Shown here in pieces: positions 27,787 to 39,307 of a stretch of 64,000 nt of DNA; the first letter of the stretch is position 1; every line of letters starts with the position of its first letter. Below the pieces are notes generated by a model. That model saw only the letters and a program-made list of their open reading frames with translations, was not told the origin of the DNA and ran no database searches. The translations under genes and the position numbers were made by a program. Source of the stretch: an uncultured Nitrospiraceae bacterium (lineage in GTDB: Bacteria; Nitrospirota; Nitrospiria; Nitrospirales; Nitrospiraceae); the NCBI GenBank assembly GCA_963706325.1, contig CAVPLT010000007.1, forward strand, positions 736,001 to 800,000, given 5' to 3'.

Positions 27787-29784
27787 ATGTCCTCTTTCAA
27801 ACTCGAAGCTCCCTTCAAACCCTGTGGTGACCAGGGCCAAGCCATTGAGAAGCTGACATCGGGGATCCTGGCTGGGAAACAGCATCAGGTCCTGCTGGGC
27901 GTCACAGGTTCCGGCAAAACCTTTACCATGGCGAATGTTATCGAACGCGTACAGAAAACGACACTCGTCCTCGCGCACAACAAGACCTTGGCGGGTCAGC
28001 TCTATCAGGAATTCAAACAGTTTTTTCCTCACAATGCTGTTGAATATTTCATCAGTTACTATGACTACTATCAGCCGGAAGCCTATATTCCACAGAGCGA
28101 TACGTACATTGCGAAGGATGCGTCGATCAACGATGCGATCGACCAGATGCGCCATGCGGCGACCACATCGCTGCTGCAGCGCAATGATGTGCTGATCGTG
28201 TCGTCGGTTTCATGCATCTATGGTCTCGGCTCGCCGGAGGTCTACCATGACATGTTGGTCTATCTTGAAGAGGGTATGGAGACGCGGCGTGAAAAAATCC
28301 TGGCGAAATTGGTTGATATTCAATATGCGCGCAATGACTTGGATTTCCACCGCGGGACGTTTCGCGCACGGGGCGATGTCATCGAGATTTTTCCGGCTTC
28401 CTCGGAAGCGAAGTCGGTGCGCATCGAACTTTTTGGCGATGTCGTGGATGCGATTCATGAAATCGATCCACTCACCGGTAAATCATTGGGCAAGTTGCCG
28501 AAGATCGCCATTTATCCGAATACGCACTACCTGATCGCGCCCGATCGCTATGAACGCGCAATCACGGGAATCGAAGAAGAATTGGATGCGCGAGTGGCGG
28601 CATTCAGAAAGAACGGCCAATTGCTTGAAGCGCAGCGGATCGAGCAACGGACCAAGTTCGATCTCGAAATGATTCGCGCCATGGGCTATTGCCACGGGAT
28701 CGAAAATTATTCGCGCCACCTAAGCGGGCGCGCACCGGGAGATCCTCCCCCCACGCTGCTGGATTATTTCCCCAAGGACTTCTTGTTGATCATCGACGAG
28801 TCGCACGCGACAGTGCCGCAGGTCGGCGGCATGTATGAAGGCGACTTTTCGCGAAAACGGACGCTCGTGGACTACGGATTCCGATTGCCGTCCGCTGTCG
28901 ATAATCGCCCCTTGAAGTTTGCTGAATTCGAACGGATGCTGAAGCAGGTGATCTATGTATCGGCCACACCGGGTCCCTATGAATTGAAGCATGGCAAGGG
29001 GGAGGTGATCGAGCAGATCATTCGCCCGACCGGCCTGATGGATCCCCTCATCGATGTGCGGGCGGCGAAGGGGCAGGTGGATAACTTGCTGGCTGAAGTA
29101 CACGCGGAAGCGGCGAAGGGAAATCGCGTTCTAGTCACTACCCTGACCAAGCGCATGGCCGAAGACCTCACGGAGTATTATCACGATCTCGGCGTGAAGG
29201 TGCGCTATCTGCATTCGGACATTAAGACGCTGGAGCGGGCGGAGATTATTCGCGATCTACGGCGGGGCCTGTTTGATGTGTTGGTCGGGATCAACCTGCT
29301 GCGGGAGGGTCTCGATTTGCCCGAAGTCAGTTTGGTGGCGATTCTCGACGCGGATAAGGAAGGCTTTCTCCGGTCGCATCGATCCCTGATTCAAACTGCC
29401 GGGCGCGCGGCGCGAAACCTCGATGGGCGCGTGATTTTTTATGGCGATACGGTGACCGATTCGATGCGGAGCGCCATTGAGGAAACCGGGCGTCGGCGAC
29501 ATATCCAAGAGGCCTACAATACCGCTCACGGGATTACACCGGAAAGCATCAAAAAAAGTATCCCCGCGCTGGAATATGCAGCTGCCGAGATGGATTACGT
29601 TCAACTGGACATGGCGGCTGAAGCGGCCGCCCCCTATAATACCGGCGAGGATGTCGCGCAGGTGGTACAGCGGTTGGAGGTGGAGATGAAGGCGGCCGCG
29701 AAGAAGTTAGAGTTTGAGCGGGCAGCCGAACTGCGGAATCGAATCAGAGCGCTGAAGCTGAAGGTATTAGAATTGGCACCATAG
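27787..29784 (+). CDS. uvrB: Excinuclease ABC subunit B
   Basis: [58 protein letters not shown] and terminal FERAAELRN. Confidence 0.98.
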   Translation: MSSFKLEAPFKPCGDQGQAIEKLTSGILAGKQHQVLLGVTGSGKTFTMANVIERVQKTTLVLAHNKTLAGQLYQEFKQFFPHNAVEYFISYYDYYQPEAYIPQSDTYIAKDASINDAIDQMRHAATTSLLQRNDVLIVSSVSCIYGLGSPEVYHDMLVYLEEGMETRREKILAKLVDIQYARNDLDFHRGTFRARGDVIEIFPASSEAKSVRIELFGDVVDAIHEIDPLTGKSLGKLPKIAIYPNTHYLIAPDRYERAITGIEEELDARVAAFRKNGQLLEAQRIEQRTKFDLEMIRAMGYCHGIENYSRHLSGRAPGDPPPTLLDYFPKDFLLIIDESHATVPQVGGMYEGDFSRKRTLVDYGFRLPSAVDNRPLKFAEFERMLKQVIYVSATPGPYELKHGKGEVIEQIIRPTGLMDPLIDVRAAKGQVDNLLAEVHAEAAKGNRVLVTTLTKRMAEDLTEYYHDLGVKVRYLHSDIKTLERAEIIRDLRRGLFDVLVGINLLREGLDLPEVSLVAILDADKEGFLRSHRSLIQTAGRAARNLDGRVIFYGDTVTDSMRSAIEETGRRRHIQEAYNTAHGITPESIKKSIPALEYAAAEMDYVQLDMAAEAAAPYNTGEDVAQVVQRLEVEMKAAAKKLEFERAAELRNRIRALKLKVLELAP

Positions 29785-29814
29785 GGCCGTGGGCGAGCGA
29801 GAGTGAGTCTCACC

Positions 29815-30075
29815 TTACATCTGCTTATAGAGATAGGCGCCGAGTAACATTCCCAGCACGCTGAGCAGGCTGACTTTAATGCTGAAGCCGAAGGTCAGTT
29901 TGAGAAGGACAAGGTCAATGGTCAGCGGAGGGTTGATTCCAGGCGAAAAATTACTGGCAAAGATGTTTTGAATGGTGCCGTTCGGGGCCATTACCCGAAG
30001 AATTTCTCCGAAAATCCCGCCCAGCATGCCCCCGATCAGGATAAAGATCAGCAGCACACCGATCGATTTTCTCAT
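29815..30075 (-). CDS. Small membrane protein (DUF4321-like)
   Basis: MRKSIGVLLIFILIGGMLGGIFGE...PLTIDLVLLKLTFGFSIKVSLLSVLG. GAGGAG RBS. Confidence 0.75.
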   Translation of the reverse strand: MRKSIGVLLIFILIGGMLGGIFGEILRVMAPNGTIQNIFASNFSPGINPPLTIDLVLLKLTFGFSIKVSLLSVLGMLLGAYLYKQM

Positions 30076-30352
30076 CCGATGTCTCTCCTCGTTTGCGGCA
30101 GCCGACGCATACGCGCCGCCGGGCACCATATCGGAAGCACAAAATGATGTCAACAAAATGCATGCCAGTCGCTGTCATCCTTATCTGTTAGGAATAACTA
30201 GGTCCTGCAGCATGTGTGTCGGCACGGAGGGCATTGGCGCGGGTGTGTGAAGCGAAAGAACTCCGTGTCTATCTCGATGAGTGAGTTCATCGGCTGCTGA
30301 GAGAGATTACTGCGCAAACGCGGTCCAGCTCACCGTCTGAACTCTGAATATC

Positions 30353-30382
30353 TTGACTTCATACCACCCCGTTCTATAGACT
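30353..30382 (+). promoter_or_regulatory. Putative sigma70 promoter of ffh
   Basis: TTGACT-18 nt-TAGACT. Confidence 0.45.
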
Positions 30383-30469
30383 GCCCGATGCTATATTTTT
30401 TTAGACTTTTCGAGGCGATCGGAGATCTGGCTCGAACCTGACTTCGATGGCCTTTTTCTTTGGTGACTT

Positions 30470-31816
30470 GTGCTTGACGCGCTGAGCGAAAAATTCGAAC
30501 GGATTCTCAAGAAACTTCGCGGGCAAGGTGTGCTCACGGAGGAAAATATCGCTGAGGCCCTGAAGGAAGTGCGTTTGGCGCTCCTCGAGGCCGACGTGAA
30601 CTTCAAAGTCGTCAAAGAGTTCCTGGATCGCGTTCGCGAGAAGGCGGTCGGGCAGGACGTGCTGAAAAGTCTGACTCCCGGCCATCAGGTCGTCAAAGTC
30701 GTCTGGGACGAGCTACGCGGCATGATGGGCGGTGAACGGTCGGGAATCAGTCTCGCCTCCAGGCCGCCGACGATTGTCATGATGGTGGGATTGCAGGGTG
30801 CGGGGAAAACGACCACATCGGGCAAATTGGCCCGCTTATTCAAGAGCCAAGGGAAACGCGTGTTGCTCGTGGCAGCCGATCCGCGTCGGCCTGCGGCCGG
30901 TGACCAGCTCGCGAGTCTCGGGCAGGATCTGGGGATCGAAGTCCATCGGTTTGACCAAGCTGATGCCTCCCGCGCCGATGTGGTGCGTATTTGTGAGCGC
31001 GGAGTGCAGCGCGGCCAAGAACAGGGCTACGACATCATCCTACTGGATACCGGCGGCCGGCTGCATGTCGACGAAGAATTGATGGCTGAACTCGTGGCGG
31101 TCAAGCAAGCCGTGAATCCCCATGAGGTGCTCCTGGTTGCCGATGCCATGACCGGCCAGGACGCGGTCAATATGGCTGGCCAGTTCGACCAGAAGGTAGG
31201 CCTCACGGGCATCATTCTGACAAAAGTCGAGGGCGATGCGCGCGGCGGGGCGGTGCTCTCGATCAGAGCCGTCACCGGGAAACCCATCAAGTTTCTCGGC
31301 ATGGGAGAGAAACTCGATGCGCTGGAACCGTTCCATCCGGACCGGATGGCATCGCGGATCCTCGGCATGGGCGATGTCCTTTCGTTGATCGAAAAGGCCC
31401 AGGAAACATTTTCTCGGGAAGAGGCCGAAGCCGCTCAAAAGAAACTGACCAGCAATACGTTCACGCTGGAAGATTTTCGGTCTCAACTTGGGCAGATGAA
31501 TCGGTTGGGTTCGTTCGAGCAAATTCTGGGGATGCTACCTGGCGGGCAGAAGTTAAAAGATCTGGCGAACAATGGCTTGCCGGAAAAGGAAATGAAGCGA
31601 GTCGCAGCCATGATCGATTCCATGACCACGCGTGAGCGGCGCGATCATACGGTGATCAATGGCAGCCGGAAGAAGCGGATTGCGCGCGGCAGCGGGACGA
31701 GCGTCCAAGAGGTCAACCGTCTGATCAAGCAGTTTTTGCAGGCCAGAAAGATTGCCAAGGTGATGTCGGGATCCGGCGGCCGCCGGCAGTTAGCGCAAAT
31801 GTTTCGCGGAATGTGA
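30470..31816 (+). CDS. ffh: Signal recognition particle protein
   Basis: ALLEADVN, GLQGAGKTT, DTGGR, GDARGG, RILGMGD and M domain (IDSMT..ER, RIARGSG). Confidence 0.98.
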   Translation: MLDALSEKFERILKKLRGQGVLTEENIAEALKEVRLALLEADVNFKVVKEFLDRVREKAVGQDVLKSLTPGHQVVKVVWDELRGMMGGERSGISLASRPPTIVMMVGLQGAGKTTTSGKLARLFKSQGKRVLLVAADPRRPAAGDQLASLGQDLGIEVHRFDQADASRADVVRICERGVQRGQEQGYDIILLDTGGRLHVDEELMAELVAVKQAVNPHEVLLVADAMTGQDAVNMAGQFDQKVGLTGIILTKVEGDARGGAVLSIRAVTGKPIKFLGMGEKLDALEPFHPDRMASRILGMGDVLSLIEKAQETFSREEAEAAQKKLTSNTFTLEDFRSQLGQMNRLGSFEQILGMLPGGQKLKDLANNGLPEKEMKRVAAMIDSMTTRERRDHTVINGSRKKRIARGSGTSVQEVNRLIKQFLQARKIAKVMSGSGGRRQLAQMFRGM

Positions 31817-31915
31817 AGAGCAAAGCGAGTGTGTGCACGATGCAACATTAAATGGGAAGTAGGCAATAACCGAGCGCATAGGGCGCATTGAGCACATTGA
31901 TCAAGGGAGGTTCTG

Positions 31916-32215
31916 ATGGCGGTTCATTTACGATTGGCACGGACGGGGCGACATAAGCGGCCGATGTATCGGGTCATCGCGGCGGATTCGCGAAAACCGC
32001 GTGACGGACGGTTTCTGGAGATTCTTGGCATATTCGATCCGCTGAAAAACCCGGCCGTACCGGTGCTGAAGTCGGAGCGGGTGCTGAGCTGGTTGCGGCA
32101 TGGCGCTCAGCCTACCGTCACGGTGCGGACGCTGCTCAAGCGTCATGGGGTCTGGAAAGAGTTCGAGACCGAGAAAGCTCAGAAGAGCGAGAAGACGGAG
32201 AAGGGCAAGAAGTAG
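31916..32215 (+). CDS. rpsP: 30S ribosomal protein S16
   Basis: LRLARTGRHKRPMYRVIAADSRKPRDGRFLE and WLRHGAQPT. Confidence 0.97.
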   Translation: MAVHLRLARTGRHKRPMYRVIAADSRKPRDGRFLEILGIFDPLKNPAVPVLKSERVLSWLRHGAQPTVTVRTLLKRHGVWKEFETEKAQKSEKTEKGKK

Positions 32216-32225
32216 CGGGGGTTTG

Positions 32226-32753
32226 ATGGCGACGTCCGATCAAGCAGAACTCGTCACCATCGGAAGGATTGAGCGGTCCTTCGGAGTGCGAGGCGAGGCG
32301 CGCGTGCGTTCGCTCAGCGATGTGCCGGGACGGCTTGAGGCACTTCGACAGGTGAGCATTGCAGGGCCTGGCGGCAAAACCATCGAAACTGTCGTGACCC
32401 ACGTGCGGCCTGGTGGCCCCACATGGATTATGGGGTTCGAAGCCTTTACGACCCCGGAGCAAGTAGCTGAGTTTCGTGGAGGGTTCCTCCAGGCCCCTCG
32501 CGGGGACTCGCCGACGTTGCCGGCCGATCAATACTACCAATGTGATCTGATCGGCATGCTCGTGCGGGATGAGGCCGGTACGGTGCTGGGCCGGTTGGAA
32601 GGTGTTTGGGATATGTCCGACAATCAGTCGTTCGTGGTTCGGCAGGACGGGAAAGAAATCTTGATTCCCGCGGCGAAACAGGTCGTGGTGGCAGTGGACG
32701 TAGCAGGGCGCGTCATGACGGTTCGATTGCCGGAAGGGTTTGGAGATCTGTAG
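32226..32753 (+). CDS. rimM: 16S rRNA maturation factor RimM
   Basis: IGRIERSFGVRGE, YYQCDLIG and EILIP. Lies between rpsP and trmD. Confidence 0.95.
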   Translation: MATSDQAELVTIGRIERSFGVRGEARVRSLSDVPGRLEALRQVSIAGPGGKTIETVVTHVRPGGPTWIMGFEAFTTPEQVAEFRGGFLQAPRGDSPTLPADQYYQCDLIGMLVRDEAGTVLGRLEGVWDMSDNQSFVVRQDGKEILIPAAKQVVVAVDVAGRVMTVRLPEGFGDL

Positions 32754-32754
32754 G

Positions 32755-33528
32755 ATGCGGTGCGCCGTTCTAACATTGTTCCCGGACATGGTGGCCCCGG
32801 TTCTTGGACAGAGCATGCTCAAGCGCGCCCAGGAGAAGGGGTTGCTGGAGGTGTCTGTTCAGAACTTGCGCGACCATACCTCCGATCGGCACAAAACGGC
32901 AGACGATGTGCCGTATGGCGGAGGGGCTGGGATGGTCATGAAAGCCGAGCCCATCTTGCAGGCGGTCGATGCGTTGCGTGCCGCGTATTCGGCCTCGGAA
33001 CCCGTCACGGATTTGCGAGTGATCGTGCCGTCTCCACAAGGGCGGCCCTTTACGCAGGATCTGGCACAATCTTTGGCGCAGGATCAACGCGTGGTGGTGT
33101 TTGTTTGCGGGCACTATGAAGGTATCGATGCGCGCGTTCAATTGGCATTGGTTCCCGAGGAAATTTCGGTCGGTGATTATGTGCTGACAGGGGGAGAATT
33201 GGCTGCTTTGGTGATGATCGATGCGGCGGCCCGTTTAATCCCAGGCGTGCTGGGCGATGCCGCCTCGGCAATTGAAGAATCGTTTACTGAAGGATTGTTG
33301 GAATATCCGCACTATACCAGGCCCGCGGAGGTGCGAGGAATGATGGTTCCTGAGGTGTTGGTGTCGGGCCATCATGAGGCGATTCGGATGTGGCGCCGCA
33401 AGGAAGCGTTACGAAATACCTATCTGAAGCGGCCGGATTTGTTGCAGGTTCGTGAGTTTGGACCAGAGGATCAGCAATTGTTGAATGAAGTGATGCAGGA
33501 GAGTCTTGTAGACGTACCTGTTCGTTGA
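32755..33528 (+). CDS. trmD: tRNA (guanine37-N1)-methyltransferase
   Basis: [34 protein letters not shown] and [10 protein letters not shown]. Confidence 0.98.
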   Translation: MRCAVLTLFPDMVAPVLGQSMLKRAQEKGLLEVSVQNLRDHTSDRHKTADDVPYGGGAGMVMKAEPILQAVDALRAAYSASEPVTDLRVIVPSPQGRPFTQDLAQSLAQDQRVVVFVCGHYEGIDARVQLALVPEEISVGDYVLTGGELAALVMIDAAARLIPGVLGDAASAIEESFTEGLLEYPHYTRPAEVRGMMVPEVLVSGHHEAIRMWRRKEALRNTYLKRPDLLQVREFGPEDQQLLNEVMQESLVDVPVR

Positions 33529-33545
33529 GAGGAGGAGAGAAGATT

Positions 33546-33959
33546 ATGAATCGGCTAGAACGGATCCAGAGATCCTTAACCAAAAAGACGGCGCCCAAGT
33601 TCGAGATCGGGGATACCGTTCGTGTCCATGTCAAGGTGGTCGAGGGTGAAAAAGAGCGTATTCAGGTGTATGAAGGGACAGTGATCGCCAGAAAAGGGAC
33701 GCTGAATAGCGAAACTTTCACGGTGCGCAAGCTGTCCTATAATGTCGGCGTCGAGCGGACGTTCCCCATTCATTCACCCAATGTGGCCAAAGTCGACGTC
33801 GTCCGTCAGGGACGTGTCCGACGCGCCAAGCTTTATTATTTACGTACGAAGAAGGGTAAGTTCGCCAAGGTGGAAGACCGGGAGTTCAAGGTTGAAAGCA
33901 AAGCCCAGGTTGCAGCCAAACTCGCGGCCGCGGAAACCGCTTCGGCAGCAAAGGCCTGA
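33546..33959 (+). CDS. rplS: 50S ribosomal protein L19
   Basis: [30 protein letters not shown] and [10 protein letters not shown]. Confidence 0.98.
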   Translation: MNRLERIQRSLTKKTAPKFEIGDTVRVHVKVVEGEKERIQVYEGTVIARKGTLNSETFTVRKLSYNVGVERTFPIHSPNVAKVDVVRQGRVRRAKLYYLRTKKGKFAKVEDREFKVESKAQVAAKLAAAETASAAKA

Positions 33960-34001
33960 TCCGTGCTCATTTCCATTTGACAGCAACGCAGAGGCGCACG
34001 T

Positions 34002-34676
34002 TTGGCTGGCACTTCGAACCCGACAACAGGGGGCCCCACCGAAGAGTTCGAGGTGGAGGCCAGATGCTGCGGGTACCGACGCATCGCCGGTCTTGATGAG
34101 GCTGGACGTGGGCCTCTCGCCGGGCCCGTCGTCGCGGCGGCAGTGGTATTGCCGCGTCGCTGTCGGCTCGCTGGATTAAACGATTCCAAACAGGTCGGCG
34201 AGCCGGATCGTATCCGGCTGTTCGCGGAAATCGTTCGTCGGGCAAGGGGCATCGGCATCGGATCCGCGAGTGAAGCGGAGATCGACCGTCTCAATATTCT
34301 TGAAGCGACCCGATTGGCCATGCGGCGCGCTTTGCAAGCGCTCCCGCTCACGCCGGATTTTCTCCTGTTGGACGCTCTGAGTCTTCCCGGGATTTCGGTT
34401 CGACAGCGTCCCATTATCAAAGGCGACGGACTATCATGTTCTATTGCCGCGGCGTCTATTATTGCCAAGGTTACGCGCGATCGATTGATGGTCGAGTATC
34501 ACCGCTGGTACCCTCAATACAATTTTGCCGAACATAAGGGGTACAGTACCCCACAGCATTTGCGACTCCTGCGAGAGCACGGACCCTGTGCGATCCACCG
34601 TTGTACGTTTGCGCCCGTTCAGCATCTTCTTACCGGATCTGTGACAGACTTCGATACGGATTCCTTCGATACGTGA
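34002..34676 (+). CDS. rnhB: Ribonuclease HII
   Basis: GLDEAGRGPLAGPV, LNDSK, IAAASIIAKVTRD and HKGY. Confidence 0.97.
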   Translation: MAGTSNPTTGGPTEEFEVEARCCGYRRIAGLDEAGRGPLAGPVVAAAVVLPRRCRLAGLNDSKQVGEPDRIRLFAEIVRRARGIGIGSASEAEIDRLNILEATRLAMRRALQALPLTPDFLLLDALSLPGISVRQRPIIKGDGLSCSIAAASIIAKVTRDRLMVEYHRWYPQYNFAEHKGYSTPQHLRLLREHGPCAIHRCTFAPVQHLLTGSVTDFDTDSFDT

Positions 34677-34693
34677 CAGCCGGCGACCATTCC

Positions 34694-35080
34694 ATGCGAG
34701 ACCCCCGTCGTACATTAGGCGATGAAGGAGAAGGCCGCGCGGAGGCCTTTCTGCGAGCGCAAGGATTTCGAATTCTTGGCCGCAATGTGCGTTCACCATT
34801 AGGCGAACTCGATTTGGTGGCCGATGATCAGGGAGTGCTGGTATTCGTTGAGGTCAAACGGCGGCGCACGGGAGCTTTCGGCGGTGCGATCGAAGCGGTG
34901 GATGCGCGGAAGCGTGCCAAATTGATTCAGCTGGCCGCGCAATATCTTGCCCAACATCGTATTCGAAATCGCGCGTGCCGGTTCGATGTCATATTAATAC
35001 AGGACAATGCCGGGTCTGCAGAGGCCGTGCAGCATATAACGAATGCGTTCGACCTCGATGGGGATGATCTGCGATGGTAG
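34694..35080 (+). CDS. YraN (UPF0102) nuclease family protein
   Basis: GELDLVA..LVFVEVK and CRFDVI. Confidence 0.93.
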   Translation: MRDPRRTLGDEGEGRAEAFLRAQGFRILGRNVRSPLGELDLVADDQGVLVFVEVKRRRTGAFGGAIEAVDARKRAKLIQLAAQYLAQHRIRNRACRFDVILIQDNAGSAEAVQHITNAFDLDGDDLRW

Positions 35081-35180
35081 GATGGAGGCGAGTGCCATTG
35101 TGGTCGATGTCCTTCCGTCCGCATTAAGGGCAGGGTTTCCGTGCAAACACATAGCTGAACTCCCGTAGTTGTCACGATCC

Positions 35181-35849
35181 ATGATTCAACTCTTCCACGT
35201 CTCAAAATACTATGACCGTCGCTTGGCGCTCTCGGACATTACGCTCGAAGTCGAGAAAGGGGAATTTATTCTCCTCATGGGCCCAAGCGGGGCGGGAAAA
35301 TCAACGCTCTTAAAGTTACTGATCGGCGCAGAGCGACCGGAAGAAGGGCAGATATTCGTGCAGGGCCGCAGCTTGGCAAAGTTGCGATCGTCTGAAATCC
35401 CCTTGCTGCGTCGGAAAGTAGGCGTCGTCCTCCAAGATTTCCATCTCCTGCCCAAGAAAACCGTCTTTGACAACGTCTCATTGCCCCTCCTGGTTCAAGG
35501 CTCCGCCAATGGTGAAATCCGACGGAAAGTGACTGAGGCCCTGCGCGCGGTCGGGCTGGACCATAAGAAGGATCTTTTGCCGCCGGGGCTATCCACCGGC
35601 GAGCAGCAACGAATTTGTATCGCCCGGGCGATCGTGAACGGTCCGATTGTGCTGCTGGCCGACGAACCGACGGGGAATTTGGATCCAGACTTGACGAGCG
35701 AAATCATCGAACTCTTCAAATCGATCAATGCCCGTGGCACAACCGTGATTGTCGCCACGCACGATCCCAACGTATTGGCCCAGGTCAATCGCCGGGTGAT
35801 TACGTTGGACCACGGCAAGCTGGTGTCGAATGAACAGGTGTCTGCATGA
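35181..35849 (+). CDS. ftsE: Cell division ATP-binding protein FtsE
   Basis: GPSGAGKST, LSTGEQQR, LLADEPTGNLD and ATHD. Upstream of ftsX. Confidence 0.95.
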   Translation: MIQLFHVSKYYDRRLALSDITLEVEKGEFILLMGPSGAGKSTLLKLLIGAERPEEGQIFVQGRSLAKLRSSEIPLLRRKVGVVLQDFHLLPKKTVFDNVSLPLLVQGSANGEIRRKVTEALRAVGLDHKKDLLPPGLSTGEQQRICIARAIVNGPIVLLADEPTGNLDPDLTSEIIELFKSINARGTTVIVATHDPNVLAQVNRRVITLDHGKLVSNEQVSA

Positions 35850-36745
35850 GACGCCTCCTGTATCTCCTGCGGGAGGCCCTGGCCAATGTATTGACGAACC
35901 GGACCACGACGGTGGTGGCGGTGGCGACAACTGCCTTCACCTTTGCATGCGTGGGGGTTTTTTTACTGCTCTATGTCAATCTACGGGCGATGGCATCGTC
36001 TCTAGAGCAGGATATCCAGGTCATGGTCTATCTTCAGGACGACGTGACCGGTCAGGTAAGAAGCGAGATTGAGCAACAGTTGAAAGCGGATCGGGCGGTT
36101 GCGGCACTGACCTTTGTCTCTAAAGAGCAGGCGCTGGCTGATTTTCAAGCGCAGTTTCCGGCCGAATCACATCTACTACAAGGGCTGGGACAGAATCCAT
36201 TGCCGGCGTCGTTCGTCGTGACATTGGCGGCGGAGACCCGTTCGTCCGATTCGATGCGACGCTGGGCAGATGGTGCGCAGCTGATCACGGGGGTGGGACA
36301 AGTCCAGTACAACCAGGCCTGGGTCGAGGCGTTGGCCAGCATGGTCAGGTACATTGAGCTCGCTGCCATTATCGTCGGCGTCATTCTGTCTGCCGCATCG
36401 GTGACGATCATCGCCAACACGATTCGCTTAGCGCTGTATTCCCGCCGCGAAGAAATCGAGATTCTCGGCATGATTGGGGCGAGTACGGCTTTTATTCGCG
36501 TGCCCTATCTACTCGAAGGTGCGGCGCTGGGTTTACTCGGCAGTGCGCTGTCCTTGGTGATCCTAAAAGCCGGGTTCGAGTTGTTTCGGCATGAAATCCG
36601 GTCTGCCAGCCGCTTTCTCGGTGTGGATGCGTTGCTCACTTTTTTCCCCTGGGAGATGTGTCTCGTGCTGGTGCTGGTGGGATTGTTTCTCGGCTGCGCC
36701 GGAAGTTTCCTCTCATTGCTCCGGTTCGGAGAGGGACGCGCATGA
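35846..36745 (+). CDS. ftsX: Cell division permease FtsX
   Basis: FVSKEQAL, NPLP, IANTIRL...RREEIEI..MIGA and P.LLEG. Confidence 0.95.
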   Translation: MRRLLYLLREALANVLTNRTTTVVAVATTAFTFACVGVFLLLYVNLRAMASSLEQDIQVMVYLQDDVTGQVRSEIEQQLKADRAVAALTFVSKEQALADFQAQFPAESHLLQGLGQNPLPASFVVTLAAETRSSDSMRRWADGAQLITGVGQVQYNQAWVEALASMVRYIELAAIIVGVILSAASVTIIANTIRLALYSRREEIEILGMIGASTAFIRVPYLLEGAALGLLGSALSLVILKAGFELFRHEIRSASRFLGVDALLTFFPWEMCLVLVLVGLFLGCAGSFLSLLRFGEGRA

Positions 36746-37935
36746 CTCGGATTACGTGTGGATTCGTCGTAGTTCTCATGCATATGGCCTTTTTCGCCCC
36801 TGCCACCGCTTCCGCCGAACGTAAGGATTCCTATGCGGACAAGATCGAACGGGAAAAGAGAACGCTGGAAAAGTTGCGCGGCACGATTGTCGAAAAACGA
36901 AAGAAGGCGGACGAAGCGGAAAAAAAACGGGAGTCGGTTTTGCAGGGTCTCCAGTCCTTGGATGAGCGCCTCGTCCGCTACCGGCAGGAGCACCAAGACA
37001 TTCGTAAGCAGCTGAAGAAGAAAGACATTGAAATCGAGCATATGAGCGTACAGTTGAGCCGGCTGTCGGAGCGTATCGATGAGCGTCAGGATGCCATTGC
37101 CGCTCGTTTGCGGGTCCAATATATCGAAGGGCGATTTTGGCATCTAAAGACACTGCTCGCCGCCAGTTCTTCGGGGGATTTTCAGCGGCGGTTCCGGTAT
37201 CTATCGGCGGTGACGCAGCGGGAATACGAGATTATGGAACGCTACCAAAAGGATGCCGAGCGGATCGCTGAGGTCGAACGAAGCAGAGAAGAAGCCCGCC
37301 AGGGCATCTTGGCTTATAAAACCAGCACCGAAGAGAAATTGGCGCAGATTCGGGGGTTGAAGAAAGAGAAAAGGGTCTATCTGGCTAAAATTACTCAAGA
37401 AAAAGAGTCGCATGATCGCGCGGTGGCAGAATTGGAGCGTTCCGCCTCGCGGGTAGATAGCCTGTTGCAAGAGCTGGAGACTCGGCGCCGCGCGGCAATG
37501 GCATCTCGGTTACCGTCCGTGGCCGGAGGGCTTAAAGCGCTCCGTGGAACCCTTCTTTGGCCCACTGACGGACAGGTCGTCTCCTATTTCGGCAGGCAGA
37601 AACATCCAACCTTTAATACCTACATTCAACGAAAAGGGATTGAGATTCGCGTTGCAGAAGGGAGTAATATACGGTCGGTGCTTGCCGGACAGGTCGTATA
37701 TGCGGACTGGTTGAAAGGCTATGGACTCGTTATAATTGTGGATCATGCCAACGGAGTTTTTTCCCTCTACGCCCACGCGTCGAAAATTCTGACTTCCGTC
37801 GGAGCCAAAATTGAAGCGGGGGAGACGATCGGAGAAACCGGAGACACGGGCATGACGGGTGAGAATACGCTTTATTTTGAGTTGCGTCAGGGGGCAGAAC
37901 CGGTGGATCCCCTGGTGTGGCTTTCAAAACGCTAG
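36742..37935 (+). CDS. envC: Murein hydrolase activator EnvC-like (coiled coil + M23)
   Basis: Signal peptide, long coiled coil, WPTDG, KGIEI, GYGLVIIVDH, SLYAH and LYFELR. Follows ftsEX. Confidence 0.88.
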   Translation: MTRITCGFVVVLMHMAFFAPATASAERKDSYADKIEREKRTLEKLRGTIVEKRKKADEAEKKRESVLQGLQSLDERLVRYRQEHQDIRKQLKKKDIEIEHMSVQLSRLSERIDERQDAIAARLRVQYIEGRFWHLKTLLAASSSGDFQRRFRYLSAVTQREYEIMERYQKDAERIAEVERSREEARQGILAYKTSTEEKLAQIRGLKKEKRVYLAKITQEKESHDRAVAELERSASRVDSLLQELETRRRAAMASRLPSVAGGLKALRGTLLWPTDGQVVSYFGRQKHPTFNTYIQRKGIEIRVAEGSNIRSVLAGQVVYADWLKGYGLVIIVDHANGVFSLYAHASKILTSVGAKIEAGETIGETGDTGMTGENTLYFELRQGAEPVDPLVWLSKR

Positions 37936-37960
37936 GTCTCGGAAGGAAGGAACCCACGTT

Positions 37961-39307
37961 ATGGAACAGCGGCGGAGCCGACGGTGGTTGTATCTCTTAT
38001 TGATGGTGACGGTAGCCCTCGGGATCGGCATTGTGCTGGAAAAGGGTCTGGAACGAACCGGGCACGCGTCCGAAACTTATGAAGAACTTCGCACCTTTTC
38101 CGAGGTCTTGACGCAAGTGCAGAAACACTATGTCGATGATACGAAGGTGAAAGACCTCGTCCAGGGCGCGATCCGCGGGATGCTGTCGACGTTGGATCCG
38201 CACTCAGCCTACATGACGCCTGACATGTACAAAGAAATGCAGGTTGAGACGAAAGGTGAGTTCGGCGGAGTGGGGATTCAGATCGGCGTGAAGGAGAATC
38301 GGCTGGCCGTTATCGCCCCTATTGAAGGGACGCCGGCGCATCGGGCTGGCATTAAAGCGGGCGATTTCATTACCAAGGTTAATGACGAGACCACCAAAGA
38401 TCTGACGCTGATGGATGCCGTGCAGAAAATGCGCGGGCCTAAAGGCACGAAGGTCAATCTCACTATTCAACGCGACGGGACAACGGATCCACTGGCGTTT
38501 TCACTTGTGCGGGACACCATCAAGATCGAAAGCGTCAAGTTCAAGGTTATCGACAACACTATAGGGTATGTACGATTGACGCAGTTTCAGGAAGCCACGG
38601 GAAGAGATCTGGGCCGGGCGCTCAAGCAATTCAAAGAGCAGAAGCTACAGGGAACAGTCCTCGACTTGCGAAATAACCCCGGGGGATTGTTGACGGCGGC
38701 GGTAGATGTGTCGGAGCAATTCGTGGGGAACGGGAAGTTGATCGTCTACACTAAGGGCCGCGAGGGGAAGAAAGACGAGTGGTTCTCCAAGACCAAGGAG
38801 ACACTGGAGGACTCCCCGATGATCATCCTGGTGAACGAAGGATCAGCCAGTGCATCGGAGATTGTAGCCGGCGCCTTGCAGGACTGGGGACGGGCCGTCA
38901 TTGTCGGCACCACCTCATTCGGCAAGGGCTCCGTGCAGACGATTTTGCCGCTCGGCGATGGATCTGGCCTTCGCCTCACCACCGCCAAGTACTACACCCC
39001 GAAGGGGCGTTCCATCCAGTCAACCGGCATTACACCGGATATTGTGGTGAAACTGCAGGCGCAGACTGTGGCAAAGGCGGCTGAAAAGGATGGCAAAGAG
39101 GGGGAGTCCAAAGCCGCAAAATCTCCGGCCAGTGCAAAGGACTCACCCGCTCCGCTGAAATCCGGTGAGGATTCCACGCACAAGAACGGTGCCGCACCGG
39201 CGGTCGAAGCTGCTGGGGAGCTCTCTATGGAGGACGATCTTCAGCTTCAAAAGGCGGTTGAACTGTTGAAGACCTGGAAGATCTTCAAGGAGCTTCGTCC
39301 CGCGTAA
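37961..39307 (+). CDS. ctpA: S41 carboxy-terminal processing protease
   Basis: LDPHS, PDZ FGGVG, DLRNNPGG, SASASEI, FGKGSVQ and TTAKYYTP. Confidence 0.95.
   Translation: MEQRRSRRWLYLLLMVTVALGIGIVLEKGLERTGHASETYEELRTFSEVLTQVQKHYVDDTKVKDLVQGAIRGMLSTLDPHSAYMTPDMYKEMQVETKGEFGGVGIQIGVKENRLAVIAPIEGTPAHRAGIKAGDFITKVNDETTKDLTLMDAVQKMRGPKGTKVNLTIQRDGTTDPLAFSLVRDTIKIESVKFKVIDNTIGYVRLTQFQEATGRDLGRALKQFKEQKLQGTVLDLRNNPGGLLTAAVDVSEQFVGNGKLIVYTKGREGKKDEWFSKTKETLEDSPMIILVNEGSASASEIVAGALQDWGRAVIVGTTSFGKGSVQTILPLGDGSGLRLTTAKYYTPKGRSIQSTGITPDIVVKLQAQTVAKAAEKDGKEGESKAAKSPASAKDSPAPLKSGEDSTHKNGAAPAVEAAGELSMEDDLQLQKAVELLKTWKIFKELRPA

Noticed and set aside
30156..30470. SRP RNA or other ncRNA upstream of ffh
   Set aside because: Only a small hairpin (CGATGAG...TTCATCG), with no SRP domain IV signature.
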